Notes: a model not told the origin generated them from the sequence alone. A stretch of 64,000 nucleotides of DNA from Escherichia coli (GCF_965641715.1 NZ_OZ282455.1), one strand, 5' to 3'. Shown: positions 29,737 to 40,621, counted from the stretch's first letter. Translations and numbers: made by a program.

Positions 29737-30141
29737 TTAGCCAATGGAAATTGTGGAAATCCCCAGCTGTTTCTGGCTGCGACTCATCATTTCAGGTCCG
29801 GCGACAAGTAGCGCCCCAATGACGATAGATACAATGCAACCAGCCAGTCCCATCCCCCCTTGTTTCCCAACTTTTTTCAGGCCAATCAGGCCCCCGAGAA
29901 ACAGAATTACGCCGATGAACTGCGCAATAGTCAGTGATGATGACTGTGCTGTTTTGGCACCTTGTTCGACATTGCGAACCATATCGGCAAGATCTCCATC
30001 GGCAAGAACGGCTTTGGGCAGCAACATCATGGGAATGAGCAGCAGGAACTTAGTCAGTTTGCTCCGGCATGACATTACAAACAGTTGTGCGTGGATAAAT
30101 GCGGCGTACAGACGGGCCGCTACGACACGAATACGTGACAT
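29737..30141 (-). CDS. traR: TraR membrane protein
   Basis: 134-aa hydrophobic ORF; synteny. Confidence 0.6.
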   Translation of the reverse strand: MSRIRVVAARLYAAFIHAQLFVMSCRSKLTKFLLLIPMMLLPKAVLADGDLADMVRNVEQGAKTAQSSSLTIAQFIGVILFLGGLIGLKKVGKQGGMGLAGCIVSIVIGALLVAGPEMMSRSQKQLGISTISIG

Positions 30142-30191
30142 AGTTTCTCCTTAAATGGATATATCAGTGGTTTATATGAAGGTGAAAAAAA

Positions 30192-30719
30192 TCAGAAGAC
30201 GATTCCAATGCTTGCCAGCAGGGCATTGAGGACACGATCGATAAAGACCAGCAGGACGCCGGCAATAAATTTGACGTTTCCCTTACTGACGGATTCACTG
30301 GCACTCAGTGCGGTATGTCCATCGAGTCCGGCCTTGCGCCAGATGGATATCCCGTTCATTACAAATCCAACACCGGCCAGCTTGGCCAGCGACAGAACTG
30401 CATTTGCTGCGCCAGCAGCAGCGCCAAACGTCTGAGGTTGTACATATGCAATCGGGCCAAATGAGTCAGCCCTGAATCCCATTTGTACGCCTCCGGCGTT
30501 AATCATTGCCGGGAGTGATACGAGCATGCAGCTGGTTAACATCCCCGCAATAAATTTTCCGGGAGACATTTTTACCGGACCGGCTGAACGGGCGCGGGCA
30601 AACAGGGTAATCATGCTGATCACCCCGATGAATTCTCCCCAGGTAAACAGGAAATCCATTCCGGCACTGAAAATACTGCTGGCAAAGTTCTCAATGGCGG
30701 TCAGGGCATCCATGTTCAT
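30192..30719 (-). CDS. traQ: TraQ membrane protein
   Basis: 175-aa hydrophobic ORF; synteny. Confidence 0.6.
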   Translation of the reverse strand: MNMDALTAIENFASSIFSAGMDFLFTWGEFIGVISMITLFARARSAGPVKMSPGKFIAGMLTSCMLVSLPAMINAGGVQMGFRADSFGPIAYVQPQTFGAAAGAANAVLSLAKLAGVGFVMNGISIWRKAGLDGHTALSASESVSKGNVKFIAGVLLVFIDRVLNALLASIGIVF

Positions 30720-31423
30720 CAGCGTAACGTCCCTGCACTGGTGATGATGGTCCGGGTCGTCGGATCAATCCGCTGGATCACCACATTGCCCAGAGTCTGA
30801 CCTTCTCTGACAGCCCAGGTACTACCCTGCCAGCGAATCCAGGCCATGCCAGTTTCCATCGACATGATTTTCATTCCGTTAAGTACAGACGACGTTTTTT
30901 TCTTTGCTGGATGCGGTGTGGAAGAGGATTCGGTGACGCTTTTCTGTGTCATCATTCCGTTCAGGTGGCTCCGGATATCATCCAGCTGACGGCGCGTTTC
31001 CTGTGCGTATTCTTCATCCTTTTTTATAGCTTCGCCCAGCTTGTTAATGCTGTCGTGAAGCATATTCAGTGTTGCCTGAATTTTTTCATCGCGGTTATCC
31101 AGCTCTGTTTTTACATCCCGGGCAAGCTGGCTCATATCTTCTCCTGTCCGGACAGTCATGGTCTCAGTGGACTGAACGGAAGGTGATGATTCTTGTGTGG
31201 TTTGCCAGGTCTGTACGCCAGCATCCGCATCATTAAACGGAGGCATGCCTGTTTCCGATGGTGCTCTCAGGAACAGATACCATATGGCTGCGAGCAATAC
31301 TACTGCACATAGCCCCCATGTTGCTACAGATATCCCCCAGACGGAACGTTTCCAGAAAGGGGCGGGTTTCTCTTCGGGTTCACCGAAGCTGCCGGTTTCA
31401 TCTATTTCTGTTTCAGGTTTCAT
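30719..31423 (-). CDS. traP: TraP
   Basis: 234-aa ORF with one TM segment; synteny. Confidence 0.6.
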   Translation of the reverse strand: MKPETEIDETGSFGEPEEKPAPFWKRSVWGISVATWGLCAVVLLAAIWYLFLRAPSETGMPPFNDADAGVQTWQTTQESSPSVQSTETMTVRTGEDMSQLARDVKTELDNRDEKIQATLNMLHDSINKLGEAIKKDEEYAQETRRQLDDIRSHLNGMMTQKSVTESSSTPHPAKKKTSSVLNGMKIMSMETGMAWIRWQGSTWAVREGQTLGNVVIQRIDPTTRTIITSAGTLR

Positions 31424-32712
31424 TATGGTGTCTCCGGTTGTTCATCATACCGACGTTGCATCACAGCTTTTCTTTGCTCCATGGCTGTCTGCATTCGTGC
31501 CTGCGAGCGTTGTTCCGTCTGTGATGTACGATTAACTGAAGGGGAAATGCCACTGGAAAGGGAAGATGACCTGGCGTCGTTTGTCATTACCGGGTCAACA
31601 AACAGAATTGATACGACTTCATGCTGATACACTTCTACCTGTTTATAGGGCTCACTTTCTGCCTGGCGGGTTAATATCTGACTTCCTCTTTCCGCCATAC
31701 CACCGGCAATAACGCCCGCAACAGCTTCACCACTGGGCATTCCCACGCGTCCGGTAACCGTGCCATAGTTACCCTGAATAACCTGCGTGTTGGCATCTTT
31801 ATAAAGTGTGCCAATACTGCCCACACCTCCTAACACTGACGGCAGAATGATATGTTTAAACCAGCGTGTATTCACATTGCTGGCCACGGATGACATCAGG
31901 TTGTCTTCCCGTTGAGCATATGCATTGACCTTAAGGTCCATGCCGTTCCAGCTCATCCGGTCGAAATGGATCTCCACGCCGTTACCCACCAGTTTGACTC
32001 CCGGACTGAACAGCGTTGCCCCTGCCCAGGGGCCAGCGGGAATGGTTGCGATAACCTTGGATGACGGGTTATCAGAATCCACTGCCGTATCAATATATGC
32101 TGGTATACGGGTCAGAGCAGGTATCAGTTGTATCCCTTTTTCTGCTACCGGCGTGGACAGGCTGGCATTCTGTAATGCGAATTGCTGCGTACCATTCTGC
32201 CCTGTTGTTTCTGCCGGAGATTTATTCCACATAGCCGTTGCTATGGTTGGTGTACTACCGGCAGGATGCTGATCTTTTATTCTTACAATCAGCTTTTGCA
32301 GCCGCTCCATACGTTTTTCACTGGCTGCTCGATCCTCCTGTGGTGTGCCGGAAGCCTGGCGATGAGCATAGTTTTCCGGTTTTGCTGCAGGCTGTTGTTG
32401 CTTTTCCGGAGTGTCCGGAATATCAAGCCCCTGTGGAAGACTGGCAATGAACGTCTGATTATTGCGGGCTGCAGCTGCGGCCCCTCGTTCATTATCAGCT
32501 CTTAACAGTTCACGATAGTGAGGCGTTTCGGTAACGCTGCGCGTTCCGCCGCTTGCTGCACTGTTAATGTTCACGGCTGACTGCATATCGCTGTTACTCC
32601 CTGATATTTTGGAAAACGCGATATAGCCGACGCCAAATAAGATGATGCTGCCCAGTCCAAGCAGGGCAGCCAGTTTCTTTCCGGATTTACCGGCATCCTG
32701 TTCAGCACTCAT
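31423..32712 (-). CDS. traO: TraO (DotG/IcmE-like)
   Basis: 429-aa ORF with N-terminal TM segment; synteny. Confidence 0.65.
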   Translation of the reverse strand: MSAEQDAGKSGKKLAALLGLGSIILFGVGYIAFSKISGSNSDMQSAVNINSAASGGTRSVTETPHYRELLRADNERGAAAAARNNQTFIASLPQGLDIPDTPEKQQQPAAKPENYAHRQASGTPQEDRAASEKRMERLQKLIVRIKDQHPAGSTPTIATAMWNKSPAETTGQNGTQQFALQNASLSTPVAEKGIQLIPALTRIPAYIDTAVDSDNPSSKVIATIPAGPWAGATLFSPGVKLVGNGVEIHFDRMSWNGMDLKVNAYAQREDNLMSSVASNVNTRWFKHIILPSVLGGVGSIGTLYKDANTQVIQGNYGTVTGRVGMPSGEAVAGVIAGGMAERGSQILTRQAESEPYKQVEVYQHEVVSILFVDPVMTNDARSSSLSSGISPSVNRTSQTEQRSQARMQTAMEQRKAVMQRRYDEQPETP

Positions 32713-32714
32713 GA

Positions 32715-33698
32715 TTACTCCAGTTCTGGTGTCACGTGAACGGACTGGCCATTCACAGAGAAAGTCAGTAGTGGGGTGACGGGAAGTTTCCAGAGATGAG
32801 TTCCGTCGGCAGAGGACAAGGTCTGTTCAAATTCATCGCGCAACATCGCCCGGGAACGAACCAGTAGGTCATCGCCGTGTTGCCAGATCGTTGTATCCGG
32901 GACATTACCTGTGAATTTCAGCCTCTTAACTGAAGGGTCCCGGGGAGGAATACCATCCAGAAATGCCTGTAATGTTGCATCATGCAGGGCGATTTTATCC
33001 GTCGGGATGGAGACAACCGGGCTGGTTGGTCCCTGCCGTGGTATTCGCAGATCCAGACGACTGTCCATTTCCTGACTGGATGACGGCGTATCTGTTTCGC
33101 CACTGGTTACGTTCAGGATGACCGGTACCGACAGACCTTTCAGGTAGACAGAAATGTTTCCGGATGCCCATGGCCGCAATGGTGTGATTGTCACCATGTT
33201 CTCGTTGTACTGCACATCAAAGAGTTTTGGTGCCGCGTTATAAGGAGGATCGGATTGTGGCCATGGTGAACCGTTGATATCGGTAAATGTCACTACGCTC
33301 AGGTTGTTCATGGCTGTGCGAACAAGAGGAAGGCTGGCACCGGGGGACAGATTAACTGTCAGAGAGCTGATACGGGGTACAACACTGGTGATGGGCGCAT
33401 TGATGGCCCGCTCGTTATCCGCCATGAGACTGCGTAGTGAGCGAATCTCATCGGCGGAGAGCTCAGAATCAAGTCTTGCCGCATCCTGTACCAGCGGGCT
33501 GGCCTGCCCGGGGGCAGGCAGCTCACCTTTTACCAGTGTTGCCGGAACACCTCCGGTGTTTTGGGAGGCGTTCTGAACGTGATCGCTGGCAGAATTTGTC
33601 GTTTGTGGTGTGCGTGCGTTCTGCCATCCTGCGTTATCTGCAGACGTGGCGGCGCTGCACACCAGGAGCAGTGTGCTCAGTAAATAACGTGATTGCAT
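32715..33698 (-). CDS. traN: TraN (DotH/IcmK-like secreted protein)
   Basis: 327-aa ORF with signal peptide; synteny. Confidence 0.65.
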   Translation of the reverse strand: MQSRYLLSTLLLVCSAATSADNAGWQNARTPQTTNSASDHVQNASQNTGGVPATLVKGELPAPGQASPLVQDAARLDSELSADEIRSLRSLMADNERAINAPITSVVPRISSLTVNLSPGASLPLVRTAMNNLSVVTFTDINGSPWPQSDPPYNAAPKLFDVQYNENMVTITPLRPWASGNISVYLKGLSVPVILNVTSGETDTPSSSQEMDSRLDLRIPRQGPTSPVVSIPTDKIALHDATLQAFLDGIPPRDPSVKRLKFTGNVPDTTIWQHGDDLLVRSRAMLRDEFEQTLSSADGTHLWKLPVTPLLTFSVNGQSVHVTPELE

Positions 33699-33708
33699 AT
33701 TACTTATC

Positions 33709-34401
33709 TCAGGAGTTCGGTCCGGCGTTACGGGAGATCATCTGCCGGATTTCCATACCGGATGGTTTCAGTCTGGGGTCAACACGCTGGATGGTGATTT
33801 CGAAAACAAAAGACTGTTCTGGCTTGCTGGTTGTCTGGCCGACCAGACGCATACGGACAGGATACTGAAATGTCCAGAACCATACGCCGTCGGACATTTG
33901 TCCCTGTCGTACCAGAACGCCAGCGCCTGTCGTGGCGGTCAGATTCATCTTCTCTTTCTTGATCGTCTCCAGAATGTTAGATGCCTGTAATGCATTCACA
34001 TATCCGGCAAAACCTTCGTCAGAAAAACGCGGAGACAGAGAGGAAATCTGTGAACGATAGTGCACAAAATCCAGGTTGAATGCGGTCGCCAGTGCCTGGC
34101 TGCCAAAGGCCATTGCGTCATTCTGACTCCATGCTGGCTGATTTGTTGGTGCCAGCCTGACCAGACGACCATTGTCTGTAGCGAAATATTCGCGCTCCAC
34201 ATTCGTTGAGTGCCAGTACTGAATGGCGTTACCAGTAATACTGATAAGAAGACATGTGCCCGTACATAAAAGCGCTTTTATCAGCGCAGGGACATTATTT
34301 GCCCGCTGTTCTGACTGCTTCATAGCCCTGATTGTGCTCTTCAGTATTTCCGGGTCAGGTGCCGGATGTGATGGCGAGGATGGCTCGGTATTTTCGGTCA
34401 T
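33709..34401 (-). CDS. traM: TraM
   Basis: 230-aa ORF with one TM segment; synteny. Confidence 0.6.
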   Translation of the reverse strand: MTENTEPSSPSHPAPDPEILKSTIRAMKQSEQRANNVPALIKALLCTGTCLLISITGNAIQYWHSTNVEREYFATDNGRLVRLAPTNQPAWSQNDAMAFGSQALATAFNLDFVHYRSQISSLSPRFSDEGFAGYVNALQASNILETIKKEKMNLTATTGAGVLVRQGQMSDGVWFWTFQYPVRMRLVGQTTSKPEQSFVFEITIQRVDPRLKPSGMEIRQMISRNAGPNS

Positions 34402-34745
34402 AGGTTGTAGTCCTTCCAGGGATCAATATTCCCCGGCAGCTTTTCATTCACCTTGTCCACGACCGCGTCGCAGACCTGGTTTTCCAGCTGCGACAGAATG
34501 TCGTCAAGGCTGGGGAACTGGGGGAGGTTTATGCTGATTTTTTTGATTCGTGACAGACAGGACTGCAGGGATGAGGAAACATCGTTTTCACGTTGTGACC
34601 ATGCATCCGCAGCTGCACGTGCTCGCTCATATCCTGTATTACTACCGGCCTGTGCCGCGCTACCCGCACGACAGGTTGCAGCACTTGCCGTGGATGAAAT
34701 CAGGATAAGGCCGAGCACGGCAACCAGAGACTTATGCATGTTCAT
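34398..34745 (-). CDS. traL: TraL
   Basis: 115-aa ORF with signal peptide; synteny. Confidence 0.55.
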   Translation of the reverse strand: MNMHKSLVAVLGLILISSTASAATCRAGSAAQAGSNTGYERARAAADAWSQRENDVSSSLQSCLSRIKKISINLPQFPSLDDILSQLENQVCDAVVDKVNEKLPGNIDPWKDYNL

Positions 34746-34762
34746 ATGGCTTCCTTACCGGC

Positions 34763-37700
34763 TCATCGGCCGGGGCTGTGGGAGAGATCCTGATGCAGAG
34801 TTTTTTCCTGCCTGTCCTCCGGCTTTTGGCTGTTGGACCACTGCTGCCATGACTGCTCGAAGCCCAGGTTCCGGTACAACGCATCAGGTTGTTTTTCCGG
34901 CGTGTAGACAGCAGCAAAAAGCGGTTCTTCCCGGGTTTTCAGATGAAACTGCATAAGCTCCGGTGCGGGGCGATTCGTGCTGTCAGCATCGTGGTTTACC
35001 GCTTCACCATAACCTGCAAAGCGTAAACCTTTGTCGGTCAGCGCATTGATAACCAGCTGACTGTTGTCGGCTGATGGGGTGGCCAGTGCCGGATACAATG
35101 TGCCGTTCAGCCGGACCACACCCTGCAGATGTTCATCGGCACTCTGGACAAGTAGCAGGTTGAGTTCACGCGTATCCTTATCCACTGATCCCAGAACAGG
35201 TGTCAGCTTGTCAGGGGCTGCGCTGGTTATTTCTGTTACCTGATTTGCGTTCTGTGGCGCGGAGACCGGATGTCGGTCTTCACCGATAAACAGATGTGAG
35301 CCGACGTTTTCTGGCATACGTAACGTTTTCATCTCTTCGGGCCACCCCTGGCTGATTTGCGCAGCCACTTTCATAAAGGTTTCGACCGGAATCGCCTGAA
35401 TACGCTGACCTTTATCCGGATTATCATGTGATACCGAGATCCCGTTGGTAACTGACTCCATGGACCACTTATTCCGGAAACGTGCTTTTTGCTCTCCCGG
35501 GAGGATGAATTGTTCGCGGTTCTGAAGTGTCAGTGTCACCACGTCACCTTTCTGATGGTTTTTGACCAGACTTTCCAGTTGCTCCCCCCAGTAGAGTTTG
35601 CTGCCACTGCGGTTTTTAAGCTCAACAAAGAAACTCTCTCCTTTGCCGGGTGCATATTCAGCACGACCAAAATTGTGCAGTACGGCAGTCACGCTCTCTC
35701 CCGGGCGAAGTTTTCCTGGTGGTTCTTCACCTTGTGCCGCATCTGCCGTTTTGCCAGGTTCAGCCGGTGATGATGCAGGGACGGTGCTGACGGTTGATGC
35801 TTCAGGGGCTATTGGGGACGCCGGGGATTGTGTGGCTTCTTTTTCCTGAACAGGGTCTGGGACTGCTGGTTGTTCAGGGGTATTCCGGTTAAGTTCCGGT
35901 GTTGGCTTATGGGTGACAACAGCATCCTTACTGACAGCCATTTCCTTGCGTAATTTTTCTAGTTCAGCCCGTTGATCTGGCAATTTCATCCGGACATCGA
36001 TGTTGTGCTCGATAATCAACTGCATTGCTTTTTGCTTAAAGGCATCACTGCCCGTCAGCTCTATGACGCCCCCATAAAATTTGGTGGCCACAGCAAGTGC
36101 GGCCAGAACGCTGCGATCGTCATTGCTGGCACCGTTGACCATTTCCAGCCGGTTTACCCGGTCAATGAAGGCAGGTTTGCCATCCAGTTTGTACAGGACG
36201 GTTCTGTCTGCTCGTTTTTCCCAGTCGAGCTCTTTAAGAATTTCGTCCATGTTGAGCGATATCGGTGCATCAGAACGTTCCGGGGCGTAGACAATACTGT
36301 CAGGTATCGGTGGAGTCGTCGTGGTTTCCGCTGAGGGCGTGGGATCACTGTTCTCATGTGCCTGTGAATCCGTTTTTTTACGCGTAAAAAAGCCACGCGC
36401 TTTGTCGAGAAACGATGAAGTATTATCAGAAGGTGATGTGCTCTGAACAGGTTGCTGTGGAGTGGGTTCATCCCGGACAGCCGGTTCTGCAGTATCTGTT
36501 GTGGCCTGAAGTTCTGACTCATCTGCCTGAACGTGGTCTGTGTCCGGTTGCGACGGCATATCACTGTTTTCCTGCAGATGCTCAGGATTTTCATTGTTCA
36601 TCAGCTCCTGATATGCGCTGTAGTTTTCGTATTCTTCGGGGCCATCTGACTCAGGAAGGAACGGCTCTGGCTGAAGGGGAATGTCTTCAGTTACATGGTT
36701 GACCGCCTCTTCCCGGGGAGTATCCGGGGATATTCCGGTGCTTTGTTTGTCATCAGGCTCCGTCATCACGGTCATTTCCTCTTTGACTGCATCAGGGGAA
36801 GGTGATGGCTCGGCTGATTCATTCATGGTTTCAGATGAGGGACTGTCTTCAGGGGATGCGGGGGCGGCAGCAGGGGCCGGTATTTCAGGTGAAGTGCCGG
36901 ATTCCTGTTGTGACTCGTTTTTTTCCGGTTGTGACAGTTCGGCTTCAAATTCACGCCAGTCTTTATCTGTGGCCACCGAGACAACTTTTTCCGGAGGTTC
37001 CGCCGGATGAGCGGGTTCATCAGGGGCAGATGCCGTTGTACTTTCCGGGGACGCCGGTGATTCTGCAGGGGAGTCCTGAACTACAGAGCTTTCCGTTTGC
37101 GCCTGAACGTTATCAGCGTGCCGCTCATCTTTGCCGTTATTTTCAGTGGCGTGACTGGTAAATGACTGTGTTTCATCAGCAATGTTACTGCTGGAAGCAG
37201 CTGGTTGTTCCTGCTGCGTGGCGGACGGCAGAGAAGGTCCCTGGTCATGGCTGTGCCCTGTATCGGGTGATGTTTCAGGATATTCTGTCGGAGTCATGGT
37301 TTTTTCCTCAGTGTGGACCGGTGTAAAAACGAGGTTGCCGATCACCAGTGCCTCGCGGATTTCCGGGGTGTTACTGTTGGGGGTGGAAACCCCGATGTGT
37401 TCTAACTGGGCGTTGATGACATGCTGAAAAGCGGCCCGTCCCCGGCTTGCGTCCAGGTCATTGAAATCGGTCAGCCCCTGCGCTTTTTCGGCATCGGTGA
37501 ACGCAGGAAAGATGACCGTTCCTCCTGTCAGTTCTGCGGCTTTTGTTGCACTGACGATACCTTTGTTAACCCGGATTGCATGATCGTTGTCGGCACAGAA
37601 GATAAAGGGGCTTTGCGTCCACTTTTGCCGGGCATTTTCGGCAACGGCAATCATGTTGCCTCCATCCACCGTCATCAGTACCGGAAGGCCCGTGGCTTCG

Positions 37701-38530
37701 TGCAGGGAGGCCGCAGTGGCATAGCCCTCGGCAAACAGTACCGGCTGACCGTTGCGCGGTGTGCCCAGCGCAAACCAGTTACCGGTTTTCTCTGAATCTT
37801 TCAGGATGCGGGCATCCTTCCCCCCGGTGACCGGAATACGCTGGTAAGAGCGTATCGCGCCGTTACGGTTACTGAAGGGAATAACCAGTTCATTTTTGTT
37901 GTTTACCCGCACCCCCGGTGCAGCCTGAATGCCTTTCCGGGTCAGGTATTCATGTGCTGTGGCCTGCGGCCATTTGTTGACATAGCGGCGGGCATACGCG
38001 GCCTGTCGGTTGTACTGTGCTTTCAGTTCCCGCTCCGCGTCCTCCCTGCGTTGCATTGAATGCGCTTTCAGGTGGAGTCTTGCGCGGGGATCTGTCTGTT
38101 CTCCGCCGGAGAAGGTCCAGGTGATCGGCGAATCATCCGCGCTGCGATAATCCCTGTACCAGCCGGCAGGTCTGCCGTCCAGGAATCCGCGATATGCGCC
38201 ACTTTTTTGTCCTTTTTTGTCATCGGCGGTCGGGACACGGTGGATTTTCCCGTCCATGACCGGCAGTTCTTTCAGAACCAGTCCGGCATTCTCCAGAACC
38301 TGGGCAAACTCGGTGACCGGATCACTGCCGTTCATGGAGACGTCCTGTGGCCGGGGCAGCCAGCGGTCCAGCCTGGACAGGTCCGCCCCCGGGCGGGCGA
38401 ACCAGAGTTTGTGCTCCTTGTCCCAGATGACGGGCGTGTGCCCGTTCATCGGGGGATGTGCTTTTTTGAGATCTTCTATTTCATCTGCAGGCACGGCAAG
38501 CCAGGTGCGGTAGCGGGATACAGACGGCAT
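34763..38530 (-). CDS. sogL: conjugative DNA primase Sog (SogL; SogS expected from an in-frame internal start)
   Basis: Very large ORF with N-terminal primase-like region, a long acidic Pro/Ser/Glu-rich low-complexity linker and a C-terminal domain; start at Met 13 gives 1255 aa, the size I recall for SogL. Confidence 0.8.
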   Translation of the reverse strand: MPSVSRYRTWLAVPADEIEDLKKAHPPMNGHTPVIWDKEHKLWFARPGADLSRLDRWLPRPQDVSMNGSDPVTEFAQVLENAGLVLKELPVMDGKIHRVPTADDKKGQKSGAYRGFLDGRPAGWYRDYRSADDSPITWTFSGGEQTDPRARLHLKAHSMQRREDAERELKAQYNRQAAYARRYVNKWPQATAHEYLTRKGIQAAPGVRVNNKNELVIPFSNRNGAIRSYQRIPVTGGKDARILKDSEKTGNWFALGTPRNGQPVLFAEGYATAASLHEATGLPVLMTVDGGNMIAVAENARQKWTQSPFIFCADNDHAIRVNKGIVSATKAAELTGGTVIFPAFTDAEKAQGLTDFNDLDASRGRAAFQHVINAQLEHIGVSTPNSNTPEIREALVIGNLVFTPVHTEEKTMTPTEYPETSPDTGHSHDQGPSLPSATQQEQPAASSSNIADETQSFTSHATENNGKDERHADNVQAQTESSVVQDSPAESPASPESTTASAPDEPAHPAEPPEKVVSVATDKDWREFEAELSQPEKNESQQESGTSPEIPAPAAAPASPEDSPSSETMNESAEPSPSPDAVKEEMTVMTEPDDKQSTGISPDTPREEAVNHVTEDIPLQPEPFLPESDGPEEYENYSAYQELMNNENPEHLQENSDMPSQPDTDHVQADESELQATTDTAEPAVRDEPTPQQPVQSTSPSDNTSSFLDKARGFFTRKKTDSQAHENSDPTPSAETTTTPPIPDSIVYAPERSDAPISLNMDEILKELDWEKRADRTVLYKLDGKPAFIDRVNRLEMVNGASNDDRSVLAALAVATKFYGGVIELTGSDAFKQKAMQLIIEHNIDVRMKLPDQRAELEKLRKEMAVSKDAVVTHKPTPELNRNTPEQPAVPDPVQEKEATQSPASPIAPEASTVSTVPASSPAEPGKTADAAQGEEPPGKLRPGESVTAVLHNFGRAEYAPGKGESFFVELKNRSGSKLYWGEQLESLVKNHQKGDVVTLTLQNREQFILPGEQKARFRNKWSMESVTNGISVSHDNPDKGQRIQAIPVETFMKVAAQISQGWPEEMKTLRMPENVGSHLFIGEDRHPVSAPQNANQVTEITSAAPDKLTPVLGSVDKDTRELNLLLVQSADEHLQGVVRLNGTLYPALATPSADNSQLVINALTDKGLRFAGYGEAVNHDADSTNRPAPELMQFHLKTREEPLFAAVYTPEKQPDALYRNLGFEQSWQQWSNSQKPEDRQEKTLHQDLSHSPGR

Positions 38531-38619
38531 GAGTGCTTCTCCTGAAAAAAGACGGAAAAAAACCACCGCCGGAAGCCGGGGGTGGCTGGGGGGATAGAAA
38601 ATCGGGGGAGAAATGTTTG

Positions 38620-39171
38620 TCAGGGTTTCCAGTCTGTACCCTTATTCCAGCGATCCTGCCAGTGTTCAAGATATTGTGCGGCTACATCCGGCATATTCTT
38701 GAGCACAACGACATTCTCTGAATTCTTGCGTGCAGCAGCACGAGAGAAGTTATAGGAGCCAGTTTCAACCGTGTTTCCGTCAACAATGATGACTTTGTCG
38801 TGATGGATGGGGAAGGCATCTACAGTCCGGAGAGGAATGTCCAGCAGGTTGATATATTTCATCGCTTCCTGACTTGCCCGGTTCGTATTCCCCTTGTCAT
38901 CAACAACAATACGGACGTCCACTCCGCGTTTTTTCGCTTTTGCCAGCGCATGCATTACATCCGGGTCGGTGAAGGAATATGCCATCATCCTGATGGAGCT
39001 TTCCGCACTGTTGATTGTGTCAAGCACCAGAGCGGATGCGCTTCCTTCAGGAGAAAAGCCGACCTTCACGGATGGCGTGTCGATCATTGCAAACGATGGT
39101 GTCGTGAACAGTAACGGGCATGCCAGTAGCGATACCCGGAGCAGAGTAACGATAGTTTTTTTACCTGACAT
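38620..39171 (-). CDS. nuc: phospholipase-D-family endonuclease Nuc
   Basis: Signal peptide plus HKD motif (HHDKVIIVDG...GSYNFS); start chosen at MSGKK, track ORF is longer. Confidence 0.75.
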   Translation of the reverse strand: MSGKKTIVTLLRVSLLACPLLFTTPSFAMIDTPSVKVGFSPEGSASALVLDTINSAESSIRMMAYSFTDPDVMHALAKAKKRGVDVRIVVDDKGNTNRASQEAMKYINLLDIPLRTVDAFPIHHDKVIIVDGNTVETGSYNFSRAAARKNSENVVVLKNMPDVAAQYLEHWQDRWNKGTDWKP

Positions 39172-39185
39172 AAAGACTCCAGAAT

Positions 39186-39476
39186 TTAATCGAGGCCAGT
39201 CCAGTCTCGTGGTGATTCCGTATGGTGGCGATACCACCATGGACGACCGGAGGCGATGGCCCCTCTCAGAATGCTGAAAATGCGTGTACAGATAGTCCTG
39301 ACAGTCCAGCCTGAACGGTCGAGAATAACGAAAAATAAAATGATGCCGGTGCAAATCCAGAAGGTTGTTTTGGAGGGAAAGGGGCATATAAACAGATAAA
39401 TCATGGTGAACGGCAGAGGTACGCCCTGGATGTTGACTGGCGGTGTTGCATATCGCCAGAAACCTTCTCTTTTCAT
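39186..39476 (-). CDS. traK: TraK (IcmT-like small membrane protein)
   Basis: 96-aa hydrophobic ORF between nuc and traJ. Confidence 0.55.
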   Translation of the reverse strand: MKREGFWRYATPPVNIQGVPLPFTMIYLFICPFPSKTTFWICTGIILFFVILDRSGWTVRTICTRIFSILRGAIASGRPWWYRHHTESPRDWTGLD

Positions 39477-40621
39477 GACCGTAACTCCCCTGGCGGGATA
39501 AAAAGAATCGCTTCTCTTCGGTCAACTTCATTCCGGATATACATTTCCAGAATCTGGTCCCGGATACGGCGCTTCTCCTGCCGGATTATGGCATCAATGT
39601 GATGCCCCCACTCTGCATGCGGCATTCCGGAAAGATTGTCGCGAAGCTCATCGTTAATGACGATATATTCCCGGACGGCTTTACGACCACCGTCATTTGT
39701 TCTGACCAGAACCTGAACCAGAATGAACTGCAACAGTGACAGGACAGCCCAGGCCATCGAATCCCTGATGACAGGGGGAAACAGCCCAAGAAGACGTGCC
39801 AGCGTTTCACCAGGAGATTTCGTATGCATGGTGCTCAGGCAGTAATGCCCGGTGTTGCCTGCCTGTACCGCTGCGTCGGCGGTTTCGTTATCCCTGATCT
39901 CACCAACACCGATAATTTCGGGATTACGTCGTACAGCAGAACGCAGTCCGGCAGCAAAACTGACCACATCACGCCCGATTTCTGCCTGATGCGGTGGGAG
40001 CAGATCGTTTTCATTTCCCAGGATATATTCCACCGGGTCTTCATATGTCACGATTTTGGCGTCGGGGAAATTGTCCATAATGTAACGGTACAGTGCTGAA
40101 CACAGCGTTGATTTTCCTGACCCGGTTTCACCACATACAAATCCCAGACCGCTTTTGCAGACCATTGCTTCAAGCAGGTCTGGTTCAATGTTCATGGAGA
40201 GAATGTCCGGTATTTCTGTCGGGATGACACGCATGGTTATTGAGATTGCTTTCTCCTCCGCACCAGATGTGCCCTGAATGAGGTGAGAGCGTAACCGGAT
40301 GCGTTCTCCGCGTTTAAGACCATAGCGCCCGGATGCATCCCCGTTAATCTGTATCGTCCTGTCAACCGGATTGCCTGCCAGAACGCGGGGAATGACTTCC
40401 CGACCGAACAGTTCATCAATCAGGGAGGACATGAGTGTGGTTGGTAACGTTGCACTGGAACAACGCACCCGTCGGCCAAAGCGACTGACAGATACAGGTG
40501 ACCCGCCGGTCAGATCCACATCACTGACTTTATGTGCGGCACACCAGACAAAGAAATGCCGTAGTTCATCTGCAGTGAAACGCTGAAACGGAAAAAGACC
40601 AAACTCATCAGGAATATTCAT
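39473..40621 (-). CDS. traJ: TraJ, PilT/DotB-like secretion ATPase
   Basis: 382-aa ORF with Walker A GETGSGKST. Confidence 0.8.
   Translation of the reverse strand: MNIPDEFGLFPFQRFTADELRHFFVWCAAHKVSDVDLTGGSPVSVSRFGRRVRCSSATLPTTLMSSLIDELFGREVIPRVLAGNPVDRTIQINGDASGRYGLKRGERIRLRSHLIQGTSGAEEKAISITMRVIPTEIPDILSMNIEPDLLEAMVCKSGLGFVCGETGSGKSTLCSALYRYIMDNFPDAKIVTYEDPVEYILGNENDLLPPHQAEIGRDVVSFAAGLRSAVRRNPEIIGVGEIRDNETADAAVQAGNTGHYCLSTMHTKSPGETLARLLGLFPPVIRDSMAWAVLSLLQFILVQVLVRTNDGGRKAVREYIVINDELRDNLSGMPHAEWGHHIDAIIRQEKRRIRDQILEMYIRNEVDRREAILFIPPGELRS

Noticed and set aside
35489-37795. Multiple plus-strand ORFs of 80-160 aa inside the sog gene
   Set aside because: Antisense to a large, well-supported gene and produced by its low-complexity GC-rich linker.
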